Shown: positions 19,637 through 32,500, counted from the first letter of the stretch. The stretch is DNA of 64,000 bases from Leptolyngbyaceae cyanobacterium (GCA_965263355.1 CBDHHL010000032.1:2688001-2752000), one strand, 5' to 3'. Numbers and translations are program-made. Notes: generated from the letters alone by a model not told the origin.

Positions 19637-20430
19637 TGATGACTAAGGAACAAACACAACCCATTCTCCAAGCCAAGGGTGTGGATATTTGCTATGGCCG
19701 TAAGCGAGTCTTGCGTAATGTTTCTCTGGATATTCCTAGGCATCAGGTCACTGCATTTATTGGTCCCTCAGGGTGCGGCAAAAGTTCATTGTTAAGGTGT
19801 TTTAACCGTCTCAATGATCTGATTAATGGGTTTCAGTTGAAAGGTCAAATTAATTATCACGGTCACAACTTATACACCAAACGGATTGATCCAGTGGCAG
19901 TCCGTCGCCAAATTGGCATGGTATTTCAGCGACCTAATCCGTTTCCTAAATCAATCTATGAGAATGTTGCCTATGGTGCTAGGGCGATCAAATACTCGGG
20001 TAATTTGGACGAGCTAGTGGAAACCTCACTCAGGCGGGTTGCTCTCTGGGATGAAGTCAAGGACAAACTCAATCAAAGTGGTCTATCTCTTTCAGGAGGG
20101 CAGCAGCAACGGTTGTGTATTGCACGAACCATTGCAGTTGAACCTGATGTGGTACTAATGGATGAGCCCTGCTCGGCCCTGGATCCTATTTCCACATTCA
20201 AAATTGAAGAACTCGTGCATGAGCTGAAACAGAGATACACGATTGTTGTTGTCACTCATAATATGCAACAAGCTGCTCGAATCTCACAGATGACTGCATT
20301 TTTTAGTACAGATACCTCTAAGGAGCATCGTGGTGCCAGCCATCTAATTGAATATAATCAAACTGACGTTATCTTTAAGCATCCTCAACAGCAAATGACC
20401 TGTGACTATGTTCGCGGACGCTTTGGTTAA
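19636..20430 (+). CDS. pstB: phosphate ABC transporter ATP-binding protein
   Basis: [37 protein letters not shown]-terminal GRFG. Confidence 0.95.
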   Translation: MMTKEQTQPILQAKGVDICYGRKRVLRNVSLDIPRHQVTAFIGPSGCGKSSLLRCFNRLNDLINGFQLKGQINYHGHNLYTKRIDPVAVRRQIGMVFQRPNPFPKSIYENVAYGARAIKYSGNLDELVETSLRRVALWDEVKDKLNQSGLSLSGGQQQRLCIARTIAVEPDVVLMDEPCSALDPISTFKIEELVHELKQRYTIVVVTHNMQQAARISQMTAFFSTDTSKEHRGASHLIEYNQTDVIFKHPQQQMTCDYVRGRFG

Positions 20431-20591
20431 TGGGAACAGTTGCTCAAGCAACCAGGTCTTGTATAAAATCAGGAGTATCATCAAAGTAATCTACCCTAGG
20501 TGTGTTTTACACCTATTAGTTCAGCCCTCAAACAGAAGCTATCCGACTATTCTAGGCTTCATGAAATAAAGATTTCAGGCGTATGATTAAA

Positions 20592-20660
20592 CCTTGTCCA
20601 CGTCCGGAATGGTCGTTTTTTAGTGGAAGAGCCTACGAGGTTTAACTTGGACGTGGTTTA
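20592..20660 (+). repeat. ~69-bp intergenic repeat, copy 3
   Basis: CCTTGTCCACGTCCGGAATGG...AACTTGGACGTGGTTTA. Confidence 0.7.
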
Positions 20661-20742
20661 TGCTCCTGTTTCATTACTAGAATGAAAGACTCTTTACATT
20701 ATGAAGCTTTGACACATCTAAATTGGTACCCAGGTTGTACAG

Positions 20743-21798
20743 ATGCAACAGCAACAACAAGATAAAATTCTCTACGCGATTATTATAATTAGTATCGGTA
20801 TATTCGTTGCGGTATTTGGTAGCATTTTATGGGCTCCACAGAGGGGCGTTAAACTACCAGTGCAGCTAAATGGTGGTGATGACGATAACCAAACTAATAC
20901 GTCCACGTCTTCGGGCCAATCAGAGACACTTCAAAATATTCCCAAAGGAATATTTAACTATGGTGGCAGCACAACATGGATTCCAGTGCATGAATCCGTG
21001 AGTGACATGATTACTAATGATTTTCCTGACTTTGAGTTGCGTTACACCTTACCTGCCAATGGATTACCAGGCTCAAGTACTGGAGTCAAAATGCTTTTAG
21101 AGGGGGAGTTATCATTTTCAGAATCATCCCGTCCCCTGAAAATCAAAGAGTATGATGAAGCAAAGCAACGTGGCTTCGCCCTCGAACAAGTTACAATCGC
21201 TATTGATGGGATTGCAGTAGCCGTTAATCCTAACCTCAACTTACCTGGATTAAGTGTTCAACAACTTCAGGCAATTTATACAGGACAGGTTACCAATTGG
21301 TCTGAATTGGGTGGCCCTGATATGCCAATTAAGGCCTTTAGCAAGGATCCAGAAGCATCTGGAACAGCTAAGTATTTCTTGGAATCGTTGCTAGATGCGG
21401 ATGCATATGGTGCTAATGTTGAGTTTGTGAATGAGACAACGCCTACATTGAAGCAGGTCATCCGTGATCCGGGTGCGATTTTTTATGCTTCAGCACCAGA
21501 AGTAGTGAACCAATGTTCAATCTACGCGATGCCAATTGCCTCTCGCAGTCAGCCTGATAACTTTATAGCGACCTATGAAGGGCCCTGGAGGACGGGAGAT
21601 GCCTGTGTAGCTGAGGCCAATACAGTGGATAAAACAATCTTTCGCGATGGTAGTTATCCCTTAACTCGACAACTGTTTGTGATTATCAGAGTCGATGGCG
21701 GTAGAGATGAGGCAGCTGGACGGGCTTACAGTGATATCTTGCTATCGCCTAAAGGACAAGAGTTAGTGCAACAGGCTGGTTTTGTGGGTGTTCGTTAA
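20743..21798 (+). CDS. membrane-anchored PstS-family (PBP) substrate-binding protein
   Basis: N-terminal TM helix, FNYGGSTTW, GSSTG, AIDGIAVAVN, NWSELGG, YPLTRQLFV. Confidence 0.88.
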   Translation: MQQQQQDKILYAIIIISIGIFVAVFGSILWAPQRGVKLPVQLNGGDDDNQTNTSTSSGQSETLQNIPKGIFNYGGSTTWIPVHESVSDMITNDFPDFELRYTLPANGLPGSSTGVKMLLEGELSFSESSRPLKIKEYDEAKQRGFALEQVTIAIDGIAVAVNPNLNLPGLSVQQLQAIYTGQVTNWSELGGPDMPIKAFSKDPEASGTAKYFLESLLDADAYGANVEFVNETTPTLKQVIRDPGAIFYASAPEVVNQCSIYAMPIASRSQPDNFIATYEGPWRTGDACVAEANTVDKTIFRDGSYPLTRQLFVIIRVDGGRDEAAGRAYSDILLSPKGQELVQQAGFVGVR

Positions 21799-22488
21799 AA
21801 GTATTTTTTCTAAAATGCTTTCAACGTGAATCTTAGTTGTATCTAGAAAAGGAACATCAGGATCGACAGATTCCCTTAGAATCAAAGGCAGTTCTGTTCC
21901 CCCTAAGATTACCCCCTGAATGCCATAGGTCTGCTTGATCTTTGTCACAATATCAAGCAGACCATTTCTAGTTTCTTCGAGAATGATTCCCTTAACTAGT
22001 TCACCCATATATTTTTTATGGATATAATCCTGATCCGTTTTGTCAGGCACAATCACGTCAATATCTTGTTTAGCTAATACCTTGTCGTAAAATCTCCCCT
22101 GCATGGTAAATCGGGTACCCAATAACCCAATTTTTTGAATCCCTAATGCCTTAGCTGTGGCACAGGTAGCTTCAACGATGCTAATCATGGGTAAGGATAC
22201 TGCTGCTTGCACCTCATTGAAGACAATATGGGGGGTATTTGAGGCAAATAGAGCAAAATCAGCACCTGCAGCGGCCAGCTTGTTGACTTCAGCAGTTAAA
22301 TACTCTGAAGCCTCAGTCAGCTGATTGCTACCAATCAAAGCCAGCATCTTTTTCATATTGATGCTGTTGATAATAATCTGAGGATAGTTACCGTTCTTTT
22401 CTCGTTCAAGGTAGCCAGAAACAATAAACTGATAATATTCAACGGTAGATGCAGGGGCGATTCCACCAATAATTCCAACGGTAGACAT
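21763..22488 (-). CDS. aspartate/glutamate racemase family protein
   Basis: VGIIGG, ASNTPH, GLLGTRFTM, LGGTELP. Confidence 0.9.
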   Translation of the reverse strand: MSTVGIIGGIAPASTVEYYQFIVSGYLEREKNGNYPQIIINSINMKKMLALIGSNQLTEASEYLTAEVNKLAAAGADFALFASNTPHIVFNEVQAAVSLPMISIVEATCATAKALGIQKIGLLGTRFTMQGRFYDKVLAKQDIDVIVPDKTDQDYIHKKYMGELVKGIILEETRNGLLDIVTKIKQTYGIQGVILGGTELPLILRESVDPDVPFLDTTKIHVESILEKILLTNTHKTSLLH

Positions 22489-22567
22489 AGTTTTTATTAA
22501 GGAAAGGTAATTCAGCTATAGAATTGATAAAACAGGTCAAGTGGGGCAAAAGATATCTGTATCACCC

Positions 22568-22951
22568 TTAGAAAATCCTCAAAATCCCGTCACATTCTTT
22601 GGCAATTTTTATGGCTTCACGTAGATAGCCAATTCGCTGATCTGATTCTTCTCGCAGCCACACCATATCGATATCCACCGTTCGATAACTAATGGGACCA
22701 GAGCGTATAAATTTTTTATCCCAGAATGCTTCAAGCATAGTCAACTCATGCCTTAACTCGTCAAGTTCTGCTCCCGTTGCCTCAAATGCATTGTCATAAT
22801 CATAAACTGCCCCAATTAGCTTAACTAGCCGTAGCCCTAGTCTATGAGCGGGTACATACCATCGAAGATAGACAGATTTTGACGATCCTAAAGGCTTATC
22901 GTATACGTACACATTATCTTTTTTTCGAACAACATAGATGTAAAATGCCAT
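22568..22951 (-). CDS. hypothetical protein
   Basis: 127-aa ORF collinear with neighbours; no recognised motif. Confidence 0.55.
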   Translation of the reverse strand: MAFYIYVVRKKDNVYVYDKPLGSSKSVYLRWYVPAHRLGLRLVKLIGAVYDYDNAFEATGAELDELRHELTMLEAFWDKKFIRSGPISYRTVDIDMVWLREESDQRIGYLREAIKIAKECDGILRIF

Positions 22952-23086
22952 AATTTTTTCAATCAGAAGATACCTAATTGTATCTACTCAGCTTTCTTCG
23001 CCACAATAAACATGGCTTTGCCTTTATCTGGCTGCCAATAATAGCTGGTGCAGTTTTCTAACAGCGTATCAAGAAACTGTTGGCAG

Positions 23087-23566
23087 CTAGAGCTTTTTGA
23101 AGTATCTAACAATGGGTAACCGTTCAAAACCGGCTTTTTCATACGTGTGTCGTGCCGGAGCATGACCAGGGTCTCCTCCTGTCTCCACCATGGCAATAGT
23201 CATGCCAGCCTCTTTCATCCAAGCCAGGGCAAATTCCGTCAAAGCTGTACCAATCCCGTGACCTTGAAAGTCTGGATCGATAGCAATCATATAGATTTCT
23301 CCCATACTAGATTCGTCATCTAGCTTTATAGCAACAAACCCTGCAATAACAGCTTTATCAATAGCGACCCAAACGTTTGTGTCTTCTGCAGCACAGGCAT
23401 TCTCAACAGCCTTTTGCTGACTTACACGCCAACTATCGGGATAAAAAGCCTGGTACACATCTGCATTCATCACTGTTTGAAGCGACTTAAACACTGGAGC
23501 CCATGCTCGTAGTGAAAGACGAATAACAGCATTAAAATGGTGTGGAACGTAGGGTTCAATTTGCAT
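23087..23566 (-). CDS. GNAT N-acetyltransferase
   Basis: IAIDPDFQGHGIG acetyl-CoA motif A, PARHTYEKAGF. Confidence 0.9.
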   Translation of the reverse strand: MQIEPYVPHHFNAVIRLSLRAWAPVFKSLQTVMNADVYQAFYPDSWRVSQQKAVENACAAEDTNVWVAIDKAVIAGFVAIKLDDESSMGEIYMIAIDPDFQGHGIGTALTEFALAWMKEAGMTIAMVETGGDPGHAPARHTYEKAGFERLPIVRYFKKL

Positions 23567-23684
23567 CCTATATGATCTTCAGATCCTTGGATCGTTTTGC
23601 GTGCTGCCAGCATTAAGGTATGTTAGCTTCAGTCACTAGCCCCCTACCGGTAGGTAAATCTATAGGTACTATAAGCAAAAAACT

Positions 23685-24236
23685 ATGCAGGAATTGGTGA
23701 TAGTGATCGTATCGGGTCTCATTACCTTAGCCGCATCGTCTCTGATAGCGGTATATCAATCGCGTACTGAATTCCGTAAGCTGAGAAAACAGCTAGAGCA
23801 AACCTATACAACAGCCTTGTTTGACAAGCGTCTGGAGATGTATCCAATACTGTTTAAAATCCTTAATGATTTTAACCATAGGATTGAGTATGGTTCACCC
23901 AACAAACAACAGCTAATGGAATTTCAACGTTGCTACGATGATTGGGGAGCTAGCCATGGACTATTGCTAACACCCGTTACGGCCAAAGTGGTGTGGGGCT
24001 ATCATAACTATCTGATCAACTTGCTAGAGCAATATCATGATAATCCTGTACCCCTAGAGCAATGGATAGAAATGCGCAATATACAGGTTGTTATCGGCAA
24101 ATTTTTACGAGCAGAAATTGGCGTCTTCGATACTACAACGGCAGGCAACCCTGAGCTGGAGAGACCTTATGTCAAGGCTATTATCGACAAATTGGAGCAT
24201 AGCTCACAAAATATCCGTAGTAGATTTAGATATTGA
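23685..24236 (+). CDS. hypothetical protein with N-terminal TM anchor
   Basis: 183-aa ORF, hydrophobic N-terminus. Confidence 0.65.
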   Translation: MQELVIVIVSGLITLAASSLIAVYQSRTEFRKLRKQLEQTYTTALFDKRLEMYPILFKILNDFNHRIEYGSPNKQQLMEFQRCYDDWGASHGLLLTPVTAKVVWGYHNYLINLLEQYHDNPVPLEQWIEMRNIQVVIGKFLRAEIGVFDTTTAGNPELERPYVKAIIDKLEHSSQNIRSRFRY

Positions 24237-24272
24237 TCGAATGACTACCCCTTTCTAGTGGGCTTTGATTTT

Positions 24273-24304
24273 GCTAACCCTTGGTTCTAGAACCAAGGGT
24301 TAGC
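24273..24304. terminator. perfect 32-bp palindrome between convergent genes
   Basis: GCTAACCCTTGGTTCTAGAACCAAGGGTTAGC. Confidence 0.65.
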
Positions 24305-24344
24305 TAGAGCCATCTCAACGGTGAGCTTAGGTGCTTTCTGTGAC

Positions 24345-24605
24345 CTAATTTTGCTCGCCCAAAGTGGCTAACAAGTAGCGCTTGCCATTTTGCTCAACCA
24401 CAATGCCATCGTTGGCATCCATATCGTCATCGTTAGCCAGGGATGTAAACGGAATAAAATCGCCCTTCTCTGTCAAGATCCCCATTACTTTACCGGAGGT
24501 TTTCTCATCTTGCTTTGGGGTAACTGAGTTAGCACCAGCTCCCTTAGCCATTAGTAACAGTAATGCAAACGGTAGAAAAACAAGAACTGCAGGTGACATT
24601 GGCAT
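24345..24605 (-). CDS. small hypothetical secreted/membrane protein
   Basis: GGAGG RBS before MPMSPAVLVFLPFALLLL. Confidence 0.6.
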   Translation of the reverse strand: MPMSPAVLVFLPFALLLLMAKGAGANSVTPKQDEKTSGKVMGILTEKGDFIPFTSLANDDDMDANDGIVVEQNGKRYLLATLGEQN

Positions 24606-24910
24606 TTCCTCCCAAGAATGGTAAAGATGTAACCGACGTTTACTGATCAACAGCGCGTTTCAATCGTTGGAAACATTGTGGGCTTCAATGTCTTAACTAT
24701 AATTTCCGGAAAAAAAAATTGAAATGATCAAATGCATCAACTTGCTGAGTAAAAAGCGGAAGCACGCTTTGTAGAAAACTACAAAGTTAGAAGGCCGGAT
24801 AAATATACAGTCCTAGGTGATGAAGGCTGGCTTGGTTTAAGCGTGTCAGAGGGTATGCAATAGAAGGGCTATCTAGATGCAAACGCTTAACTACCTGGTT
24901 TGTGTAGTAA

Positions 24911-25066
24911 GTTGAGCTGGGTACCAACTTAAAGCGGGAAGTTTTCCCAAGGATAGATGTCAGAAGTCAGGAACCAGAAGCCATATCCCTTCTCCATTCT
25001 GGCTCCTGACTTCTAGATTCCTAGTTAACCAGAATTTCCCAGCTTGAGTGGATACCCGTTGAGCTA
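24911..25066. repeat. repeat element with heptamer-like inverted arms
   Basis: GAAGTCAGGAACCAGAA / TTCTGGCTCCTGACTTC arms; GTTGAGCT at both ends. Confidence 0.45.
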
Positions 25067-25097
25067 GCTATGTAGCACGATGAATGAAAGAATATAA

Positions 25098-25450
25098 ATG
25101 GCACTTAGTAATGGTCTGGCATTGTTTGGCACCGTGGCTGTGCTAGCAATTATTCCTGATCCAAGTGTACTTTTTGTTGTAGTAATTTTATGCTTTCGAG
25201 TTTATTCATGGCTTGCTACTGCTATCGGTGCTGCTGCTGATTTTGTCTTTATTTTGTTAGCCTGCCCCTGTGGAGCATTGCTGGAAAGAGTGCCTTTTTC
25301 TTTGTGAAGTATATCGGTGCTATTTGCTTGATTTACTTGGGGATAGTGATATTGCGATCGCACCCTCAACAACAAGACATCAAAAAGAGTAAAGAAGTCT
25401 CTTGAGCTGCTAATTTTATCGATCGTTTGCTGATCACATTGAGCGTTCCA
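25098..25450 (+). pseudogene. LysE/RhtB family translocator pseudogene
   Basis: LAIIPDPSVLFVV (PGP-like), ...ADFVFILLA, then a stop and KYIGAICLIYLG; frameshifted. Confidence 0.7.
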
Positions 25451-26586
25451 TAAGGCTTAACTATCTAGGAACTAACCCACTTCCGTCATCATAGTCTGTA
25501 TGCAATTCAGTAATATCCAGCATAAAGGAATTCAATACATCACACGTATTGTGGTAAAAGTATTTTCCATGAGATTCGATTCAGCTCAAATTGTCATTAG
25601 TAGTATCTTGTTCAAATAACAGCCACATCAAGATTCAATCAAATTTGTTCTTATTTTCCTGGTTGTTTACTCTGACTAGAATAGGGGCAATTTTTGGAGC
25701 TGCCACTTTATATCAGCTAACAAACAAATTTTGTCCATTTTGAGAAAATGCCCCTCAGCGAAGGGGGCTCAATAACAGTCTTATTTGATTAGGCACTTGA
25801 TTCTTAGGAAAATCAGCAAACAGAGATGTCCATAATGCTTCAAAAACTTTAGTCGGCTAAGATCGCTTTCTTTCACGTCATCAACTTTTTTGAGTGCATA
25901 ACAGTTTTTTTATGGTTGTGTTAAGAGTCAATAAGTCTTTTATTAAAAAGCCGTCCTTTTCTGATCTGTTCGTCTTACCTCTTGAATAAAGTGAAATCCT
26001 CTAACTCTTTTGGTATTTCATAAACTAATGGTAAAGGCATATAAAGGTTCAATCAGATTTGTTCTTATTTTTCTGACTTTGTTATTGTAAACTTGACTTA
26101 AAGTTTTTGATTGGTGACTTTACCTATAGAGAATCTACCTTGATACTGACTACAGAGCTTCTAAAGCTGTATGGTATGTCTACCTTTGATAGTTAGCATC
26201 AGAAGCAGAGCATGAGAAAAAGTTGAGATGCTTTTTTCTGTAGCACAACTATCAGGTCTCAGGTTTGCTAGAAATACCGAGGCAATTAATCTAGTTAGCC
26301 CCCCAAACAGATGCCGGGTTACTTGCAAACCCAAATATCATTCTCAACTCCAGCTTTGCACCCCAAGTTAATCGATTGGGTGTTGCTGCTTTTCGCAAGC
26401 GTAAGCAAGCGTCGGAAGTCGAGGCTTAACCTTAGGGAACCTCGTCAGGTTTCCTAATAGTTTGCTTCACCAAAAGCCGGGAAGAGTCTATTAAAAGCGA
26501 CTTTTAATATCAATTTGTTGCCTGGGCTGCATCATAAAATTCATCATTTTTCATCGTCAGAGCAATACATAATAGAGGGCTTATCC

Positions 26587-29500
26587 ATGCTACAAGATCA
26601 GTTTCAGGACGTTACTGAATCAAGTTTTCCTAAACTTCTAAAGAGAAACGATAATCCGGTCTGGGACGAGTGGGAAGATACAGATGGTGATGGTCTTGTT
26701 GATAGGCAGCCCAGCTATGGTGTGGCTTGGGGTGACGCCAATGGCGATGGATATGCTGATCTGTACTTAAATAATCACTTTGGCGATCGTAATGGCCCAC
26801 CGCCTTCGCTGTATATAAACCAGCAAGACGGTACCTTTGTAAATCGACTAGACCTATTTCCAGCTGATGATCGTGGAGATATTGTTAGGGGCGATCGCCA
26901 TGGCAATATTTGGGCTGATTTTGATAATGATGGTGATCAAGATTTAATTCAGTTAGTAGGGCTGAACTCAGATTCAGAACCCAGTAGAAATAAGCTTTTT
27001 ATCAACGAAATAAACGAAGGCGGTATTTTTGTTGATAAAGGCGTTGACTTTGGCATCACCTATCCTGAGTCCCGAGCCCGTGAAGCAACTGTATTTGATT
27101 TTAACAATGACGGATTGTTGGATTTCATTCACGGGTCCCTAACCGATGGCACGAAAAATCCTGAGTTACCAGCAACGGTTTTCCAGCAAAATCCAGATGG
27201 CACATTTTCAGATGTTGGTGCGGCAGTTGATTTCGAATTTGACCGCAGCTATGGGGTTGAGTACGTCGCCCTAGCAGACTTTACGGGAGATGGGCGTCTG
27301 GACGTTTTCCAGAAACAACCTAATGACGTCTATGACATTACCTCTGGCAAGTTCGTCAAAATCACCGACTCGTTATTTGACGGTGTTACCCTGCAAAACG
27401 GTAGGGGATTGGTCGATATGGCCATTGCCGACTTCAATGGAGATTTAAAGCCTGATATATTTCTGCCTAGTTCCGGTGGCAATGGTCATCAATTGGTATT
27501 GAGTTCCCCAACTGGTTGGGAAGATAAGTCTGTTGAGTCTGGGGTACGCTCAGTTTCCTATCGGACAACGGATGGCGGCGGTGTGGTTACAGGTGATTTT
27601 GACAACGACGGGGATGTGGACCTGTTTGCCCTTGACCGTAATGGTGGTCCTGATTTTATTTTTGAAAATCAGGGGGATGGGACATTTACAGCCAATGCTT
27701 TTTCAGATACCACCCCATTGCCGGGTGTACCGCGACCCGATTTACGCACGGTGGCAGTGGCAGACTATAACAATGATGGCTTTTTAGATCTACTGGAAAC
27801 GACCCATAGAAACGACCCTACGTATCGCTTGTTGCAGAATAAAGGCAATAGCAATAACTGGCTCTCGATTGATCTAGAAGGGACGGAATCCAATCGTGAC
27901 GGTATTGGAGCAACGGTTTACGTGACAGCTGGTGGTGTCACTCAAATGAGGCAACAGACTAACGGACAACACCACAGGGCACAGGATCACAAACGTATTC
28001 ATTTTGGTTTGGGTGATCAAAGCACAATCAGTGAGATTCGAATTAAGTGGCCCAGCGGAATCGAGCAAGTACTAACTGGAGTGACTGTTAATCAAATTCT
28101 TCAAGTTGTTGAGGCAGAGAGTCAATTCGAGGCAATTGATGATTCTGCCATCACCTCCCTGGATACAGCCATCGATATTCAGGTTTTGGCTAATGATGCC
28201 ATTACCCCAGAAACTGTATTCACCTTATCTGCCGATGGAGCCAGTAACGGTAGCGTTGCAGTTAACGATAATAGTACGCCAGCTGATAGCAGCGATGATT
28301 TCATTACCTATACCCCTAATGCAAATTTTGCAGGGACCGATGCATTTACCTATGAAATCAACAACAGCGAGGGCGGCACGGATACGGCGACCGTTAATGT
28401 CACAGTTCTCAACGGGAATCTACCTGTAGCAACAGATGACAGTGGAACAGTTGCAGAAGACTCACAGATCACCCTGGATGTGCTGTCGAATGACACCGAT
28501 GCAGACAACGATATCTTGAGCCTTGAATCTGTACTCTCCAGTAGCAATGGTAACACTAGTATTGATGGCAACCAGGTGGTTTATACCCCCAATGCCAACT
28601 TCAATGGAACTGACAACTTTAGCTACACCGTAACCGATGGTAATGGGGGCTCTGCGACTGCCACAGTAACTATCGAGGTAACAAGTGTCAACGATGCACC
28701 GGTAGCCAATAGTGATACGGTCACCACAGAGCAAAATACAGCTGTTCAAGTGCAGGTGCTTGCTAATGATACAGATGTTGATGGGGATACCCTGACGGTC
28801 GTATCTGCTAGTGGGGCCAGTGAAGGCACTGTAGAGATTCAAAACAATCAGATTCTCTATACCCCTAATACTGATTTTCTAGGCACTGATTCCTTTACCT
28901 ATGACGTCAGTGACGGCAATGGCGGTACGAATACCGCTACTGTCAATGTCAACATCACTGAACCAAGTATTCGCGTTGAAGAAGGACTCCTGAGTCTATA
29001 CACCTTTAATGAAGGGAGTGGCAACACCGTCTTCGATGTCTCGGGTGTTGGCGATCCCTTAAATCTAGAAATCGACACGACCACTGGCGTCACCGGGGGA
29101 GAAGGGTCCCAAATTACCTGTTCCTGCGGCAGCTGCCAGACTTGTAACTCTCAAGTATCCTGGGGAGATGGCACCCTAAATGTCAGTTCCCACAGCCTGA
29201 TTGGCTCTAATAAAGTGGGCACCAAGCTAATCGATGGTATTCAGGAGACTCAAGAGATTACCATTGAAGCCTGGATCAAAACCAATAGCCTCACACAAAG
29301 CGGACCTGCCAGAATTGTTACCCTCTCTGCCGATGCTGGCAACCGAAACTTTACCCTGGGGCAGGATGGAGACGACTACGAGGTCCGTTTGCGCACCACT
29401 ACTACTGGCAACAATGGTTTTGGCAAAACCGTCACCTCCACTGGATCACAAGTACAGACAGAATTCAGCCATGTTGTCTACTCCCGCGATAATACGGGGT

Positions 29501-32500
29501 TTGCCAGCCTTTACGTAAACAATCAGTTAGTTGGCTCCAACACCATTGATGGAGACTTCTCTAATTGGAACGCTGGGTACCAGTTTGCCTTAGCTAATGA
29601 GCTAGATAGTACCCGACACTGGCTGGGCAGCTATGACCTGGTGGCCATTTACAACCAAGCTTTTGATGCTAGCGAAGTGGAACAGAACTATCTGGCAGGG
29701 GCATCGTTTGGTGATATCCCTACTAATGCTCTTCCTGTCGCAGTAAATGACAGTGGAACTGTTGAAGAAGACTCCCAGCTGACCCTCAATGTGTTGGCCA
29801 ATGACAGTGATGCCGATAATGATAACTTGACCCTGGTGTCAGTATTGCCCGGTAACAATGGCACAACGTCTATTGAAGGGGGGCAGATTGTCTACACACC
29901 AACGGCCAACTTTAGCGGCACTGACAGTTTTGACTATACGGTCTCCGATGGCCAAGGGGGCACTGACACAGCGACCGTAACCATTACGGTGAATAGTGTT
30001 AATGATGACCCTGTGGCTGTGGATGATACAGCGACCACAGACCAAGACTCTAGTCTGCTAGTGCCGGTGTTGTCTAATGACAGCGATGTTGAGGGTGATA
30101 CTCTAACGGTGTTGTCTGCCACTGCAGGAAGTGCTGGCAGCACCGCCATTGAGAACAACCAGATTCGCTATACTCCTGACGCTGGGTTTGTCGGTGACGA
30201 CTCGTTTAGCTACACGGTGGAAGATGGTAACGGCGGTAGTGCGACAGCCACCGTCAATATCACGGTGACTGAATCCACTTCGTCGCCTGGAAATACCGCC
30301 CCTGTGGCTGTCAATGACAGCAGTACGCTGCAGGAAGACTCCCAGCTAACACTCAATGTGTTGGCTAATGACAGTGATGCCGATGATGATAGCTTAAGCC
30401 TTGTGTCAGTATTGCCCGGTAACAATGGCACAACCTCTATTGAAGGTGATCAGGTCGTCTACACGCCAACAGCCAACTTTAGCGGCACTGACAGTTTTGA
30501 CTATACGGTCTCCGATGGCCAAGGGGGCACTGACACAGCGACCGTAACAATTACAGTGAATAATGTTAATGATGACCCTGTGGCTGTGGATGATACGGCG
30601 ACCACAGACCAAGACTCTAGTCTGTTGGTGCCGGTGGTAGCTAATGACACCGATGTTGAGGGTGATACGTTAACGATAGTGTCTGCCACTGCAGGTAGTG
30701 CTGGCAGCACCGCCATTGAGAACAACCAGATTCGCTATACCCCTGACGCTGGTTTTGTCGGTGACGACTCGTTTAGCTATACCGTGGAAGATGGTAACGG
30801 CGGTACGGCTACAGCAACTGTCAATGTCACAGTGACTGATACGACGACTACAACAGGACGTGTGAACGAGGGTCTCTTGAGTCTGTATACCTTTGATGAG
30901 GGGCAGGGGAGTACCGTCTTTGATTTGTCCGGTGTGGGTGATCCGTTAAATCTTGAAATCGAGAATCTCAATGGTATTAGCTGGGGGAACGGCATTTTAG
31001 ATGTCACAGCCCCTAACCTAATCGCATCAAATCAAGCGGCGACTAAGCTGATTGATGGCATTACTGCTACCCAAGAGCTGACCATTGAAGCCTGGATTAC
31101 CCCAGATAATCTCTCCCAGCGTGGCCCAGCTCGGATTGCAACGCTCTCGTCAAATATTGGTAGTCGCAATGTCACCCTAGGTCAGGATAGAGATGAGTAC
31201 CAGACCCGTTTACGCACGACAACCACTGGTAACAATGGTGTTAACAAGTTAGTGACCTCGAGTGGTGATGCCGCAGATACAGCGTTAAGCCATGTGGTCT
31301 ACTCTCGTGATGCCAGTGGCCTCGCTAACCTGTATGTGGATAATCAGCTGGTGGGCACGAATACGATCGATGGTAATTTCTCCAACTGGGATAGTCAGTA
31401 TGAGTTTGCGCTAGCCAATGAACTCGACAGCAGGTCCCTGGTTGGGAAGCTATGACTTGCTGGCTATTTACAATCAGGCCCTTGATGCCAGTGAGGTAAC
31501 TCAAAATTATCTAGCTGGAACCCAGGTCTGAGAATGAGCCCCCCACCAATACTGCCCCTGTGGCTGTCAATGACAGCGGCAGCTGCAGGAAGACTCTCAG
31601 TGACCCTCAATGTGTGCCAATGACAGCGTGTTGATGATAGCTTGACCCTTGTGTCAGTGGCCTGTGGCATCACGATGAAAGTGGTCAGATTATCTACACA
31701 CCACAGCTAACTTTAGCGGCCTGACAGTTTTGACTCTACGGTCTCCGATGGCCAAGGGGGCACTGACACAGCCACTGTGACCGGTGAATGATGTTTGATA
31801 ACCCCATTGCTGGAGATGATACGACCACCACAGACCACTCGAGTCTGTTGGTGCCAGTGTTGGCTAACGACACCGATATCGATGGCGATACCCTGACATA
31901 GTGTCTGCTACAGCAGAGTAGTGCTGGCAGCACCGCCATTGAGAACAACCAGATTCGCTATACCCCTGACGCTGGTTTTGTCGGTGACGACTCGTTTAGC
32001 TACACCGTGGAAGATGGTAACGGCGGTACGTGCGACAGCCACCGTCAATATTACGGTGACTGAATCCACTACGTCGCCTGGAAATCCGCCCCGTGGCTAG
32101 TCAATGAGCAGTACGCTGCAGGAAGACTCCCAGCTAATACTCAATGTGTTGATGACAGGTCAGGGGAATACCATGCTTTGATGTGCCCGGTGTAGGCAAT
32201 CCATTGAACCTGGCAATCGATAACTTAACGATGTTAGCTGGGGTGAAGGTATTTTAGATATACGGTCTCCCAGCGTGGCCCAGCAGGCGGCCACTAAACT
32301 AACTGCAACGGCTCTCGTCAAATATCACTCGCTACCTAGGTCAGGAAGAGCTAACCATTGACAGCCTGGATTACGCACAGATAATCTCACCCAAGTGGTA
32401 ACAATGGTGTTAACAAGTTAGCGACCTTGCGAGTGGTCGGATGCCCAGATACAGCGTTAAGCCATAGGGCAGGTTAGGGATGAGTACCAGGTGCGTTTAC

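Noticed and set aside
21763..24605. second cassette array (short unrelated genes)
   Set aside because: No RYYYAAC...GTTRRRY palindromes found between the genes.
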